In this document: piece after piece, positions 38,379-48,675 of the stretch
Numbering within the stretch: the first letter of the stretch is position 1
How the letters are laid out: each line of letters starts with the position of its first letter
Origin: Halobacteriota archaeon
Lineage (GTDB): Archaea; Halobacteriota; Bog-38; Methanoflorentales; Methanoflorentaceae
Assembly (NCBI GenBank): GCA_050011655.1
Contig: JBEKIR010000002.1
Location: forward strand, 1 to 61,928
DNA: 61,928 nt
Reading direction: 5' to 3'
The notes under the pieces: model-generated
Databases searched by the model: none
Seen by the model: only the letters and a program-made list of their open reading frames with translations
What the model was told of the DNA's origin: nothing
Position numbers and translations under genes: made by a program

Positions 38379-39644
38379 TCACAACGCGTCGACGTCGCCC
38401 CAGTACGTTGGAGCGTTGGTCTTGCCGTGCCCTCGTTTGACGTAGTACATATTGAAAAGTTCCTTGTATCTTCTCGCGACCTCTTTCCACGTGATTGAGC
38501 GCCCATACATATACGTCCGAATTTCCATCTCCCGTCTCAGACGATCGTTGCGCATCAACATGGTAATCGCTTCGGCTATCTCCGTTGCTTCCCCCGACTT
38601 GAGAAGCACGCCTCTTTCGTCTGCAAGCGCATCTCGTGCGTGCACAAACGGCGTTGAGATTATAGCCTTTCCACAGCCTACTGCCTGGGACAGTACGCCA
38701 CTCACGATCTGATCCCTGGCGAGATAAGGGAGGACGCAGATATCCGTGGCGAGAAAATGCAGGATCAGGTTTCGGTTGGTAAGATATCGGTCGACGAACT
38801 TGACGTTGTGCTCCAAATCGAGGTCTGTGACGATCTCCTTCAGCCTTTCGCGATAGTGCTCGCCTTCGTTCTTCACGATGTTTACATGCGTCTCTCCGAC
38901 AACCAAGTAGAGGGGGTCCGTTTCAGGATTATCGGCAATCACCTGGGGCAACGCTTCAAGGACATACTCGATACCCTTTGCGGGATGGAGCAACCCGAAT
39001 GACCCTATGACGAATCTGCGAGAGAGTCCTAGCTTCTTCTTCGGCGCCTCCGTGCTGATAAATGGAACGTCGGGCACGCCGTGCGGAACGACCTCAACTT
39101 TCTTAGGGCCTAAGTCAAACGCCTTTTTCAAGATATCAACGCCGACGTGCCCGGGTACAACGACGTTAGCTGAAAGACGGTACAGTTCGCGGGTAACCGC
39201 TTTGGCCTCTTCCGGGGGTCTCTGCAGCACCGTGTGCAGCGTCGTCACGATCGGTTTTTCTAGAACTTCCATAAAATCGAGGATATATCGGCCCCACGAG
39301 CCGCCATACAGCCCATACTCGTGTTGAATGTTGACCACATCAGCGCGCGATGCGTTTATTTTTTCAGCTGCCTCGACAAAGCTGATTTGATCGGTATCTT
39401 TGATGACGTACGCGACCCGCGATCTCGGATAGATGAGCGGACTTAAACAGCCGTAAGCGCTTGGGTCCTTGTTTCCATCAATGGCGCAAACGTTAGCTCT
39501 GATATCAGGATTCTCACTGATAAGAGTGAAGAGCAGGTCTTGCGTGAATGTGGCGATACCACACTCTCGGGGAGGAAACGTGCTAACGAACGTAAGGCCC
39601 AGTCGGTTGCGCGGCATCAGAGGGTATATTATGGCCCGACTCAC
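38379..39644 (-). CDS. glycosyltransferase family 4 (GT-B, group 1)
   Basis: The N-terminal FVSTFPPRECGIATFTQDL and C-terminal E-x7-E-like region are typical of GT4 mannosyl/glucosyltransferases. Paralogous to 61051..61928. Confidence 0.8.
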   Translation of the reverse strand: MSRAIIYPLMPRNRLGLTFVSTFPPRECGIATFTQDLLFTLISENPDIRANVCAIDGNKDPSAYGCLSPLIYPRSRVAYVIKDTDQISFVEAAEKINASRADVVNIQHEYGLYGGSWGRYILDFMEVLEKPIVTTLHTVLQRPPEEAKAVTRELYRLSANVVVPGHVGVDILKKAFDLGPKKVEVVPHGVPDVPFISTEAPKKKLGLSRRFVIGSFGLLHPAKGIEYVLEALPQVIADNPETDPLYLVVGETHVNIVKNEGEHYRERLKEIVTDLDLEHNVKFVDRYLTNRNLILHFLATDICVLPYLARDQIVSGVLSQAVGCGKAIISTPFVHARDALADERGVLLKSGEATEIAEAITMLMRNDRLRREMEIRTYMYGRSITWKEVARRYKELFNMYYVKRGHGKTNAPTYWGDVDAL

Positions 39645-39912
39645 TTAAAACTATTTGATTGAGCTCACGGAAGACGGATAGGGGCCAGTTCCGCATTGAT
39701 CAAATTGTCGTGCCGTCGCTCCGAAGCTTCTGGCAGCTTTTTCGCGAATCCCACCGTACGTGCGCACCAACAGCACACGGAGCAGTGGTAGCCCGCTCGG
39801 GCACCCACTTGTTCGGGAGCTCCGAAACTATCGATAAACAAGTTTATGGCCACGAAACTCGCAGACTAGCAATTTAGAATCACAAAACTCGATTGTGGTA
39901 TTGGAGACACCT

Positions 39913-41028
39913 ATGTGGGCAGAACGTACTTCACACTTTTCCCTCTCAGGAATTCGAGAGATGTTTGCATTGACGAAGCCCGGCGCGATAAACCTGGGGC
40001 TCGGGCAACCGGACTTCGACACGCCCGCACACATCAAAGAGGCGGCAAAAGAGGCACTGGACCAGGGCTACACCGGGTACACTCCTAACAAGGGATTTCC
40101 TGAACTCATCGACGCGATCGCGAGCTACTATGAACAGTACGGAGTCCAAGCTGACCAGGAACAGATAATATGCACTTCGGGTGGCAGCGAGGCTCTTCAT
40201 CTGGCGTTCGAGGCTTTGATCAATCCGGGCGACGAGGTCATACTCCCCGATCCTGGATTTGTCGCTTATGTGCCACTCACACTCGTGGCGGGTGGCGTGC
40301 CCGTGAGCGCAAGGGTGAGCGCTGATGATAATTTCAGGCTGCAGCCTGACGCCGTTGCGGATCGCATCACGAACAAGACAAAAGCCCTGGTCATTAACTC
40401 ACCTGCAAACCCCACTGGTGCGGTGCAGCGGCACAACGAGATGCAGGGGTTTGTCGAGCTCGCCGACGACCACGACTTCTACATAATTTCCGATGAGGTC
40501 TATGACAAGATACTCTACGAAGGAAAACACGTCAGCCCGGCAAGCATCGACCCAGACCGCGTGATAGTTGCTAATTCAGTGTCAAAAACGTATGCGATGA
40601 CCGGGTGGCGGCTCGGATATACGATTGCACCCGCTGCGGTCACGGAAGAGATGCTAAAAGTGCATCAATACATTCAAGCGTGTGCCCCCTCAATTTCACA
40701 AAAGGCGGCCTACGCGGCCTTTACTGGTTCGCAAGACAGCGTTCGGGTGATGGCCGAAGAGTTTCGGGCGCGGCGCAATGTGGTGATGCACCACCTGAAG
40801 GCAATAGCCGAATGCGCGAGACCCGAAGGGGCATTCTACGTCTTTCCACGGTTTGCTGCGTCTCACACAAGCCTTGACCTCACAAAGATACTAGCGCAGG
40901 CCGGCGTGATCGTTGTGCCGGGTTCAGCGTTCGGGCAGTTCGGCGAGGGGCACGTCCGAATCTCATATGCGGCAAGTCACGAGGACATTAACCGCGCGTT
41001 CGAAATAATCAAAGAGCTACTCGCGTGA
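39913..41028 (+). CDS. class I pyridoxal-phosphate aminotransferase (aspartate aminotransferase-like)
   Basis: INLGLGQPDFDTP, GYTPNKGFPEL, INSPANPTG, SDEVYDKILY and SVSKTYAMTGWRLGY (PLP lysine). GGAGA lies 5 nt upstream of ATG 39913; the alternative is GTG 39895. Confidence 0.9.
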   Translation: MWAERTSHFSLSGIREMFALTKPGAINLGLGQPDFDTPAHIKEAAKEALDQGYTGYTPNKGFPELIDAIASYYEQYGVQADQEQIICTSGGSEALHLAFEALINPGDEVILPDPGFVAYVPLTLVAGGVPVSARVSADDNFRLQPDAVADRITNKTKALVINSPANPTGAVQRHNEMQGFVELADDHDFYIISDEVYDKILYEGKHVSPASIDPDRVIVANSVSKTYAMTGWRLGYTIAPAAVTEEMLKVHQYIQACAPSISQKAAYAAFTGSQDSVRVMAEEFRARRNVVMHHLKAIAECARPEGAFYVFPRFAASHTSLDLTKILAQAGVIVVPGSAFGQFGEGHVRISYAASHEDINRAFEIIKELLA

Positions 41029-41033
41029 TAGCC

Positions 41034-41795
41034 GCTACGCGACGTCCACAACGTCCCGCGCAAATCTAAGGCCTTTTTTCTTTCTTTCGATCCGCACTAT
41101 CGTTCTTTTTTCGACGAGCTCCACCGTAATCCTGACGTTGAACGTATCCCGCAGCTCTTTTTCGACCTTTTGTCTTGTTCGTTGCAGGTCGTTGCCTTAA
41201 CCCGTAAAGAATTCGTGCTCGAGCTCACGCGAACGGTCCGTTAATCAAGGTGCTTGACCCGTTCCACGCGACTTCCCGTGAGTCCCGACCTCAGGAATCA
41301 ACATGAGAACGTGTTCGATTTGGGGGGGACACGTGTATGCCCCGTATGGCGAGCATGTCATCGGCTCTGCCGAGGATTTTTGCTGTGCGGATGCTTGTTC
41401 TCCAGCACGCACAGTTGCTGCCTTTTGTATAGGTCACATCGTCCGTCCGGTACCAGATCAGCAGAAGCGCCCCTTTGGTGAGCGACGTGAGAACCAACTC
41501 GCCTCGCTCACGCTCTGCGCACTAGGGACCGCCCGGTTTGAGCACTTCGACAATGAAAAGGTCGCTCCAAAAATGCAGCTCATCTTGTTTTTTGCAATCA
41601 AAAGCAACGCCTGGTCCGTTCATCTCGGAAAGGCCGTACGAATCGTGCGCTTTCACCCCAAGCGCGCTCGAGAATAGTTCGCGTGTTGTATGACCAGGAC
41701 TCCGTCCCGAAGCAGCCGGTTTTGAGTGGTAAGGTCACGCATCGGATCGAGTCCGAGCTCTTTGGTCGCTTCGGCAAGCCATCGCGTTAATCTTT
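41034..41795 (-). pseudogene. phenylacetate-CoA ligase (PaaK / coenzyme F390 synthetase family) remnant: C-terminal half only, with several frame breaks
   Basis: Pieces in different frames read SYGLSEMNGPGVAFDC..LHFWSDLFIVEV, GELVLTSLTKGALLLIWYRTDDV, GRADDMLAIRGIHV and ..VRITVELVEK... There is no N-terminal half and stops occur between the pieces. Confidence 0.6.
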
Positions 41796-41796
41796 C

Positions 41797-43164
41797 CTAT
41801 CTTTTCCCGCTGCGCCGCTGGGCAATCAATTCTTTGAACTGGACTGCCTCGAGGCTTTGGGGGTCGATTTCGAGCGCCCGATCAAAAGCGGACACCGCAT
41901 CGTCATATCGCTTAAGACTATACAACGCGCTGCCTTTTGACGTCCACGCAAACTCATCGTTCTCATCGATTTCCAAGACGCGGTCAAAGCACTCGATGGC
42001 CTTTTCGTATTCCCCTAAACCATCGTAGCAGCTTCCTTTGAACGAGAGCGCGTAGGTATCGTCAGGGTTTGTGCTGAGCACCTTATCAAAAACAGCGATT
42101 GCATCCTTAAACCGATCGATGCCGAACAGAATAAACCCTTTTCTGTTCAACACCCAAAAGTTCTCAGGATCCAGTTCGAACGCCCGATCCAAGCACTGGA
42201 TCGCTTCGTCGAAGCGGTTCAGACTATCGAGTGCGAGACCCTTATTGATCCAAGCGAGAATGTAGTCTGGGCTTATTTCGAGAGCTTTGTCGAAGTTTTC
42301 GAGCGCCTCGTCAAACTTTTGCAGATTATAAAAGACGTACCCATTGTTGTTGTACGTGATGAAATAGTCAGAATCGAGGCTCAACGCTTTGTCAAAGCTC
42401 TCCAATGCATCAGGCCATTTATACTGGCTGGCGAGGGCGAGCCCGCGACCGTCCCACGCCGCGGCGCGGGTGTCGTCTATCACCAAGCCTTTGTCATAGT
42501 TGATAACAGCATCTTCGTAGCGCTCCAAGTTCGCTAGCGCATTCGCTCGATAAAACCACGCGTCGGCGTTGGTGGGTTCGAGCAGCAGTGCCCTCTCGAA
42601 CATTCCCTCCGCTTTTTCGTTATCGTTCATCAGCGCATAGCAAACGCCCATGTTGAACCACGGAAGATCAAACTCAGGATCGGCTTGCTGCGCCTTGTCA
42701 TAGCATTTGAGCGCTTGTTCGTACGAACCCTGTTTTTGGAGAAGGTATCCCTTGGCGTTGTAGGCCACCGCATACTGCGGGTCGCTCGCAATGGCAGCGT
42801 CGAACAAACTTACAGCCTCGTTAACATCTCCTCTATCTCGAAGAATGCTTCCCTTGGCCACGAGAGCGGGAGCGTGAGTGGGATCTGCTTCTAAAGCTCG
42901 TTCATAATAGCCAAGCGCCTCTTCGCTGTTGCCCAACTCTTCTGTCAAAGAGCCAAACGTGAATAGCGCGTCCACATTTGCAGGTTCCATGCTGAGGGCT
43001 TCTGTGACGCGATCGAGCGCCTCTTTCAGCTTGCCTTGCTGTCTAAACAACAGCGCCTCTTCAAGAACATCCATCGCTGTTTTGGTTATTTGAACTCCGC
43101 ATTCACAGCACGCCTCTGCTTCATCTGGGTTGATCGTCCCGCATCCAGGACACAGCTTTGTCAT
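41797..43164 (-). CDS. TPR-repeat protein with N-terminal zinc ribbon
   Basis: MTKLCPGCGTINPDEAEACCECG, followed by about 12 tandem 34-aa TPR units (..A..YNKGL.L..L.R..EA...FD.AL.IDP..). Confidence 0.85.
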   Translation of the reverse strand: MTKLCPGCGTINPDEAEACCECGVQITKTAMDVLEEALLFRQQGKLKEALDRVTEALSMEPANVDALFTFGSLTEELGNSEEALGYYERALEADPTHAPALVAKGSILRDRGDVNEAVSLFDAAIASDPQYAVAYNAKGYLLQKQGSYEQALKCYDKAQQADPEFDLPWFNMGVCYALMNDNEKAEGMFERALLLEPTNADAWFYRANALANLERYEDAVINYDKGLVIDDTRAAAWDGRGLALASQYKWPDALESFDKALSLDSDYFITYNNNGYVFYNLQKFDEALENFDKALEISPDYILAWINKGLALDSLNRFDEAIQCLDRAFELDPENFWVLNRKGFILFGIDRFKDAIAVFDKVLSTNPDDTYALSFKGSCYDGLGEYEKAIECFDRVLEIDENDEFAWTSKGSALYSLKRYDDAVSAFDRALEIDPQSLEAVQFKELIAQRRSGKR

Positions 43165-43261
43165 CCCTTGTTAGATGCGGTTTCTGAGTGATATGCTTTA
43201 CCCACTGGACGGAGCAGCGGTTAGCGCTCTGCTGAAAACGCGAAAGTGAGAGACACTCATG

Positions 43262-43570
43262 CTAGCGGCTCGACGGGACCGTGTACGCGAGAGTCATCAA
43301 CGGGTCAGCAGCGACGTTTAGCCCGACGTGCTTCATAACGGCGGCGGCGCGCACATCGCAGTACGACGCGCCGGCTGCGACTTCAAGCGCGACCTTCTCA
43401 TTAACGACCACTCCACGTGGGGCGGCCTCTCGTAGCGTTCGACCTGCTGCGCAATGAAAGGTATAATCTCAGACGACGGCGTTCCTGGATAACCGGAGAC
43501 GAGAGAGACTCCTGACTCCAATATGCCGTAAGCAATCGCCTCATTCCCCAGAAGATACTTGCGGTTCCTG
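43262..43570 (-). pseudogene. indolepyruvate:ferredoxin oxidoreductase alpha subunit (IorA) N-terminal remnant
   Basis: [37 protein letters not shown]...HVEWS, then a 1-nt frame break, then [41 protein letters not shown]-stop. There is no start codon, and about 100 of the roughly 600 aa I recall as typical remain. Confidence 0.6.
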
Positions 43571-43690
43571 TGCTGTATGGCTTACCTGTGGTCGCGGTCT
43601 TTTTGCGGCTATTTGTTTTTTTTTTGGGGGGGCTCCGCCTCACGCCTTTTCGGCCCGATTCTCGTCGAGTAGAACCCGCTCCGCAGAATA

Positions 43691-44200
43691 TTAGCATTCT
43701 TCGCGCTTCGCGGAGTGCATGTGGGCCAGCGTGACGTCCTGTGCGTTCACGCGCATGAGCGCACCGAAGTCGGACGATTCGGGGTTATCTTCGACAAACA
43801 CTACCGTATCAATACCCGCGTTCTTAATGAGCCGCCAGCACATCTTGCACGGGGTGCCGTTGACGTAAAGCGTAGCGCCGTTAATGGCGGCACCTCCTCG
43901 GGCGGCTTGTATGATCGCATTCGCCTCGGCGTGGACGCTCACACAAAGTTCGTACCGTTCGCCCTTTGGAATGTTCAAGCGCTCGCGCTCGCAGCCGATG
44001 TTTAGACAATGCGGTTCGTTCCGTGCGGCCCCATTGTAACCGGTCGACAGGATGTGATCACCAGTTGAGACGATGATAGCCCCGTATTGGCGCCTCGTGC
44101 AGGTTGCGCGCAAGGAAACGGTCTTTGCGAGCGCCATATAGTACTGGTCTTTGGAGATTCGCTGGTCGCGACGTTCTGAGGTCTGTGAGGTTTTGCGCAC
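43691..44200 (-). CDS. dCMP deaminase (ComEB-type)
   Basis: YYMALAKTVSLRATCTRRQYGAIIV..GYNG...VHAEANAI (HAE zinc motif) ...PCKMCWRLI (PCxxC). GTG start. Confidence 0.85.
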   Translation of the reverse strand: MRKTSQTSERRDQRISKDQYYMALAKTVSLRATCTRRQYGAIIVSTGDHILSTGYNGAARNEPHCLNIGCERERLNIPKGERYELCVSVHAEANAIIQAARGGAAINGATLYVNGTPCKMCWRLIKNAGIDTVVFVEDNPESSDFGALMRVNAQDVTLAHMHSAKREEC

Positions 44201-44360
44201 CGCTTTCCCGTTCCGTGATCGTTTGGTTAGCGCTGGTCAGCGCTGTCCGCTGTCAGTATATAGTTCAGTCTATTTTAATACTTGGGAGACTACATTAACC
44301 AGAGGCGCCTAATCAAGGGCAGTTAATCCATCTGCTCAAGACCGCGCACGTGGTGATACG

Positions 44361-44843
44361 GTGAAAGGCGAAAAGCACGTAATAAAGATACTCGGGGCAG
44401 GCAACTACCTCATGGCTGACGACGGCGTAGGGGTCCACATTCTCGAGAAACTCGAGCAAATGGATCGAAGCGATGTTGAACTGGTGAATGCCGGCGTCGG
44501 CGGGTTGGCGATACTTGACTACATGGAAGACGCTGATGACGTGATTATCATCGACGCCGTGCGAGGGGGTGGGGGCGAACCGGGATCGATCTACAAGTTC
44601 ACCGATAAGGAATTGCCCCCCCCAAACCTGTTTATGATGTCGTTGCACGACCTCAATTTGGTCGACACGCTGCGCTTGGGCCGGCAGATTCAACCTGAGC
44701 TTATGCCGAACAATATCACCATCATCGGAATCGAAGTCGAACGGGTCGAAGGGATTTGCACGGATCTTTCGCCCAGGGTCCAAGCCGCGATTGACCCCGT
44801 CATGCAATTAGTTTTTGAAGAGATTGAACGATTTAAGAATTGA
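44361..44843 (+). CDS. hydrogenase maturation endopeptidase (HycI/FrhD/HyaD family)
   Basis: IKILGAGNYLMADDGVGVHILEKL ... VIIIDAV ... MSLHDLNL are family motifs. GTG start with GGTGA 5 nt upstream. Confidence 0.8.
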   Translation: MKGEKHVIKILGAGNYLMADDGVGVHILEKLEQMDRSDVELVNAGVGGLAILDYMEDADDVIIIDAVRGGGGEPGSIYKFTDKELPPPNLFMMSLHDLNLVDTLRLGRQIQPELMPNNITIIGIEVERVEGICTDLSPRVQAAIDPVMQLVFEEIERFKN

Positions 44844-44867
44844 CGGGGCCAGAGCAGCTCAGTCAGG

Positions 44868-44884
44868 CAAAAACAATATATATG
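44868..44884 (+). promoter_or_regulatory. BRE/TATA-like element upstream of thioredoxin
   Basis: caaaaacaatatatatg lies about 40 nt upstream of ATG 44921. Confidence 0.4.
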
Positions 44885-44920
44885 CACGTTTTCACAAGGG
44901 GAGTAGCGAGGTAAATCGTC

Positions 44921-45208
44921 ATGACAAAAAAACCGATACTGATGGATTTTTATGCTGACTGGTGCGGACCGTGTAAGATACAGGATCCGATACTCGAGAA
45001 GCTTGAAGAAAAGCTCAGGGACAAGATTGAATTCAAGAAAATTAATGTGGACGATAACCTGCAACTTGCCAACAAGTATGGAATTCGCGTCGTACCGACA
45101 CTTATTTTGGAATGTAACGGAAAAATCATAGAGCACTATATCGGCGTAACGCGTCCTGAGATCCTCGAAGCGGACTTAAACAAAGCAGCTGAATCGTGTA
45201 CTGAGTGA
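44921..45208 (+). CDS. trxA: thioredoxin
   Basis: DFYADWCGPCK active site and VPTLIL motif. 95 aa. Confidence 0.9.
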   Translation: MTKKPILMDFYADWCGPCKIQDPILEKLEEKLRDKIEFKKINVDDNLQLANKYGIRVVPTLILECNGKIIEHYIGVTRPEILEADLNKAAESCTE

Positions 45209-45386
45209 ATTAGACGCGACCCACCCTAACCTCCTCTTTTTGCCATCAACTAATGCGGGTCTCGATTCAAACTAACGTTTTTTTTACGCGCTCAGCGAGC
45301 GCCGATCAATCTTCAACGTGTGACGCAGCTGCTGCTAGACGAATCTTATCCCAAAAAATAAAAAGCACCTAAATGCCCCGATTTAG

Positions 45387-45461
45387 TAGCGGGGAGTGGA
45401 TTTGAACCACTGGTCTACGGGTTATGAGCCCGTCGGGATCTCCTGACTACCCCACCCCGCT
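45387..45461 (-). tRNA. tRNA-Met (anticodon CAU), initiator-like
   Basis: The reverse complement AGCGGGG..GGGCUCAUAACCC..GGUUCAAAUCC..CCCCGCUA folds as a cloverleaf. It has an A1:U72 pair and three G:C pairs next to the anticodon loop. CCA is not encoded. A T-run lies downstream and a TATA-like tatttaaat lies about 25-30 nt upstream. Confidence 0.9.
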
Positions 45462-45483
45462 TCGGATTGTCTTAGGCGCTATT

Positions 45484-45493
45484 CATTTAAATA
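45484..45493 (-). promoter_or_regulatory. TATA-like box of the tRNA-Met gene
   Basis: The minus strand reads cctatttaaatgaa about 25-30 nt upstream of the tRNA 5' end. Confidence 0.4.
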
Positions 45494-45647
45494 GGTGATG
45501 ATGGCGCGGCTCTGCGCGAACGGATTAGTCAGAACACGCGCGAGGACAGAGCATTAGCCTCCGCAGGTTTTCCGGCGCGAAAGGTATAACTCGGGGGGTT
45601 ATGAATAACTACAGCGTCGCGACCAAAAAAACTGGGGGTAGCAAAAC

Positions 45648-46049
45648 ATGAAGAGAGCAAGGCTCATGATTGGAATTCGTAGGGGGCTGTACGACGCTGA
45701 AACTGAAATGTATTCAGTCCCCACCTGTTTCGACAGCGAGCAATCGGCGCAAAGAGCCCTAAAAAGCCTCGCTGCGGAGCTCAGCGGCCTCATTGATGTC
45801 GAGCTCGCAGTGACACGTCAGCTTATGGTGAGCTTGCGGCCTGAGACATACGAGCGATATGACGAAGCAGGGGAATTCCCTCGACTGTATGAAGCGAAAA
45901 AAGACGAATTTCATGGATATGTCATCCAAATCGACGTCCCTGATACCGAAGAGCTCAAGGAGACAGCTCGAAAAATAGTCCATAGACACAGTCTGCAAGT
46001 CATCGACGAAGGGCCTGCAAAAGAAAAAACGCTTATATTCATATCGTAA
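45648..46049 (+). CDS. hypothetical protein (133 aa)
   Basis: Clean ATG ORF. No recognisable domain. Confidence 0.45.
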   Translation: MKRARLMIGIRRGLYDAETEMYSVPTCFDSEQSAQRALKSLAAELSGLIDVELAVTRQLMVSLRPETYERYDEAGEFPRLYEAKKDEFHGYVIQIDVPDTEELKETARKIVHRHSLQVIDEGPAKEKTLIFIS

Positions 46050-46108
46050 CCCGCAAACCACGGAATGTCTCGTAGTTGATCGTCAGCTTCGGGTGATCTT
46101 TTTAGCTC

Positions 46109-46123
46109 CCAAAAAGTTTATAG
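46109..46123 (+). promoter_or_regulatory. BRE/TATA-like element upstream of dtdA (near-leaderless)
   Basis: ccaaaaagtttatag is centred about 28 nt upstream of ATG 46149. Confidence 0.4.
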
Positions 46124-46148
46124 ATTGCGCATTCGACCATAGCGGTGT

Positions 46149-47531
46149 ATGCGTGTCGCGATTATTTGTTCTGAAGTTGACGATGCCTCGCAAAACATCG
46201 CGCGCCGTCTTTTACAACGAGTCCGTTGGACTCGGGGCTCTGAGGGCCCCGCCAAGTGTACGTATGGGAACTTTCAGCTTATTACGATCGAAGGCAAGCT
46301 GATTGATCAAGAAACGCTAGACCAAGGCCTCAATGCTGATCTGCTCGTATTTGCGTCTCGTCACCAAAGTGAGACACGGAAAGGACCAGTATTCACCGCT
46401 CACTTTACCGGAGACGTAAGCGGACTGACTCGAAAGGAGTCGAACGGCGCGCTAGCGCGCGCAGCCCCTCGTGCGTTAAAACTTGTAGTAGAAACGCTCA
46501 CGAACCTATCAAGTGTCGAGGTCCTCGTCGAGGCAACCCACCACGGTCCTTCGACCATCGAAACCCCCTCGTTGTTTGTCGAAATCGGCAGCACGAAAGC
46601 CGAGTGGAATAACGAAGCGCTCGGCGACACCGTGGCACGAGCGCTTCTCGAGCTGGAAACGCGATCTCTCGGCATCCCTTGCCCGACGGCCGTTGGATTC
46701 GGGGGGCCGCACTACGCAGTACGACACACGGACGTGCTTCTAAGCAGCGACATTTGCTTCGGCCACATTTTTGCTGCATATCAGCTCGAATGCCTAACTC
46801 GCGAGATCATTAGAGAAGCGTTTGAGAAATCACAGGCACAATTCGCCTATTTTGATCGAAAACATATGGGTGGTGAACGAACTCGAATCGAGGCGACCGT
46901 GCACGATCTGGGCTTTGAGGTCCTTAGGCTGGCTGACATCCAGGGACGCAGAGACGTTTCTTGGAAACCATACCTGAAAATTAAGCGCGCCTTGAGAGTG
47001 CACGGCCTGCCCGCAGAAGCGGAGAACATAAACCTCAGCGCTTCATTGCGAGACGCACTCAACGCGCAAACGCCACTTGAGGATCGTATGGGATTGACGC
47101 TGCTTGCGCTGAACCCGTCTATCGTAAAACGGACACAAACTGTTGACGATGAAGCTTTGCTGAAATTGATTGAAAGCGAAAAAATAGTATACCTTGAGCG
47201 TAAAGATGGGACTATTTCTGCCATCTTGGTTCCGTCGGAGCGCGACGCACAAAAGATACGGGATGAGCTGCTCAACGGGTGCGTGGAAATACTGAAAACG
47301 CGGTACCAGATTGAGTATTCGCAGCAAAAATCAAAACTATATATATCTGAACGCAAATTTAACCCACGACTGGCACGATCGCTTGGCGTGACTGAAGGAC
47401 CATTATACGCGAAGCTGGCACGCGGCGAGTCGATCACCATAGACGACAGGATAATTAAACCCGAGGATGTATTTACGAAGGTTAGAAAGGCAATTAATGT
47501 CGCCATTGCCGACGCATGCGGTCGACAGTGA
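46149..47531 (+). CDS. dtdA: archaeal-type D-aminoacyl-tRNA deacylase (DtdA), long form with C-terminal extension
   Basis: MRVAIICSEVDDASQNI...FASRHQSE...FTAHFTGD...EATHHGPS are DtdA motifs in the first 270 aa or so. About 190 further residues are of unclear function. Confidence 0.8.
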   Translation: MRVAIICSEVDDASQNIARRLLQRVRWTRGSEGPAKCTYGNFQLITIEGKLIDQETLDQGLNADLLVFASRHQSETRKGPVFTAHFTGDVSGLTRKESNGALARAAPRALKLVVETLTNLSSVEVLVEATHHGPSTIETPSLFVEIGSTKAEWNNEALGDTVARALLELETRSLGIPCPTAVGFGGPHYAVRHTDVLLSSDICFGHIFAAYQLECLTREIIREAFEKSQAQFAYFDRKHMGGERTRIEATVHDLGFEVLRLADIQGRRDVSWKPYLKIKRALRVHGLPAEAENINLSASLRDALNAQTPLEDRMGLTLLALNPSIVKRTQTVDDEALLKLIESEKIVYLERKDGTISAILVPSERDAQKIRDELLNGCVEILKTRYQIEYSQQKSKLYISERKFNPRLARSLGVTEGPLYAKLARGESITIDDRIIKPEDVFTKVRKAINVAIADACGRQ

Positions 47532-47565
47532 CGTCTTTCGCAGACCATGAAGTGGAGGATATGAA

Positions 47566-48675
47566 ATGAAGTCCATAATTGAAGACGCGCTTGCACGGGG
47601 CGCAAGCGACGAAAAAAACGAATCGCCGCAAGGGTCCTTTACCCCCGACCAAGAGCTCGAAGAAGTGCTCAAGACGCTTCAAACCAACATTATCGTCATC
47701 GGATGCGGCGGTGCGGGATCGAATACCATCTCACGGATGACCGAAGAGGGAATTGAAGGGGCCGAACTTATTGCGCTTAACACAGATGCTCAGCACCTAA
47801 GGAACACGACGGCGGACCGAAAAATCCTGATTGGGCAGGAGCGAACGCGCGGACTCGGCGCTGGTTCATTGCCCCAGATAGGCGAAGAAGCAGCCCTCGA
47901 AAGCCAAGAGGAGCTCCGCGCAAGCGTTGCCGGCGCGGACATGGTGTTTATTACAGCCGGTTTAGGCGGAGGTACAGGAACTGGAGCCGGGCCGGTCGTC
48001 GCAGAGGCGGCGCGCGATGCGGGGGCCCTCACGATAGCTGTCGTGACCCTCCCATTCGGCGTGGAGGGCATGGTGCGTAGGGCCAACGCTGAAGCTGGAC
48101 TTGAGCGGCTGCGTGACATGGCTGATACAGTTATCGTCGTGCCAAACGACCGACTCTTAGAAGTGGTTCCCCGACTGCCGCTGCAAGCCGCATTCAAAGT
48201 CTCGGATGAAGTGCTGATGCGGGCCGTCAAGGGCATTACCGAGCTTATCACTAAACCAGGGCTCATCAACCTCGACTTTGCAGACGTCAGAACCGTCATG
48301 CAAAAAGGCGGCGTGGCAATGATTGGGCTTGGCGAGTCGGATGCCGAAGACAAAGCCGTGGATTCGGTAAAGAAGGCACTGAGAAGTCCCCTTCTGGACG
48401 TCGACATCTCTGGCGCTACTGCCGCTATCGTCAACGTCATCGGGGGTACGGACATGACCGTGACTGAGGCGGAAGGCGTCGTGCAGGAAGTTTACGAGCG
48501 TATCGATCCCGATGCGCGAATTATTTGGGGCGCACAGATCGACCCCGAGCTTGATCATATGGTACGAACTCTCCTTATCGTTACTGGCGTCAAGTCGCCT
48601 CAGATCTATGGCAAAAGCGAAGCGATTAGGGCAACAACCGGGGCTCAACGATACGGCATAGATTTCGTCAAATAA
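47566..48675 (+). CDS. ftsZ: cell division protein FtsZ
   Basis: [20 protein letters not shown] and [17 protein letters not shown] (tubulin signature). GGAGGA SD. Confidence 0.95.
   Translation: MKSIIEDALARGASDEKNESPQGSFTPDQELEEVLKTLQTNIIVIGCGGAGSNTISRMTEEGIEGAELIALNTDAQHLRNTTADRKILIGQERTRGLGAGSLPQIGEEAALESQEELRASVAGADMVFITAGLGGGTGTGAGPVVAEAARDAGALTIAVVTLPFGVEGMVRRANAEAGLERLRDMADTVIVVPNDRLLEVVPRLPLQAAFKVSDEVLMRAVKGITELITKPGLINLDFADVRTVMQKGGVAMIGLGESDAEDKAVDSVKKALRSPLLDVDISGATAAIVNVIGGTDMTVTEAEGVVQEVYERIDPDARIIWGAQIDPELDHMVRTLLIVTGVKSPQIYGKSEAIRATTGAQRYGIDFVK

Noticed and set aside
43616-43632. T10G7 homopolymer tract between the dCMP deaminase gene and the iorA remnant, considered as a phase-variation switch
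   Set aside because: No intact ORF or recognisable promoter spacing depends on it. It is more likely debris or an assembly-prone tract.
45497-45503. C-box-like GUGAUGA next to the tRNA promoter, considered as a C/D box sRNA
   Set aside because: No CUGA D or D' box lies within the following 70 nt or so on that strand, and there is no terminal stem.
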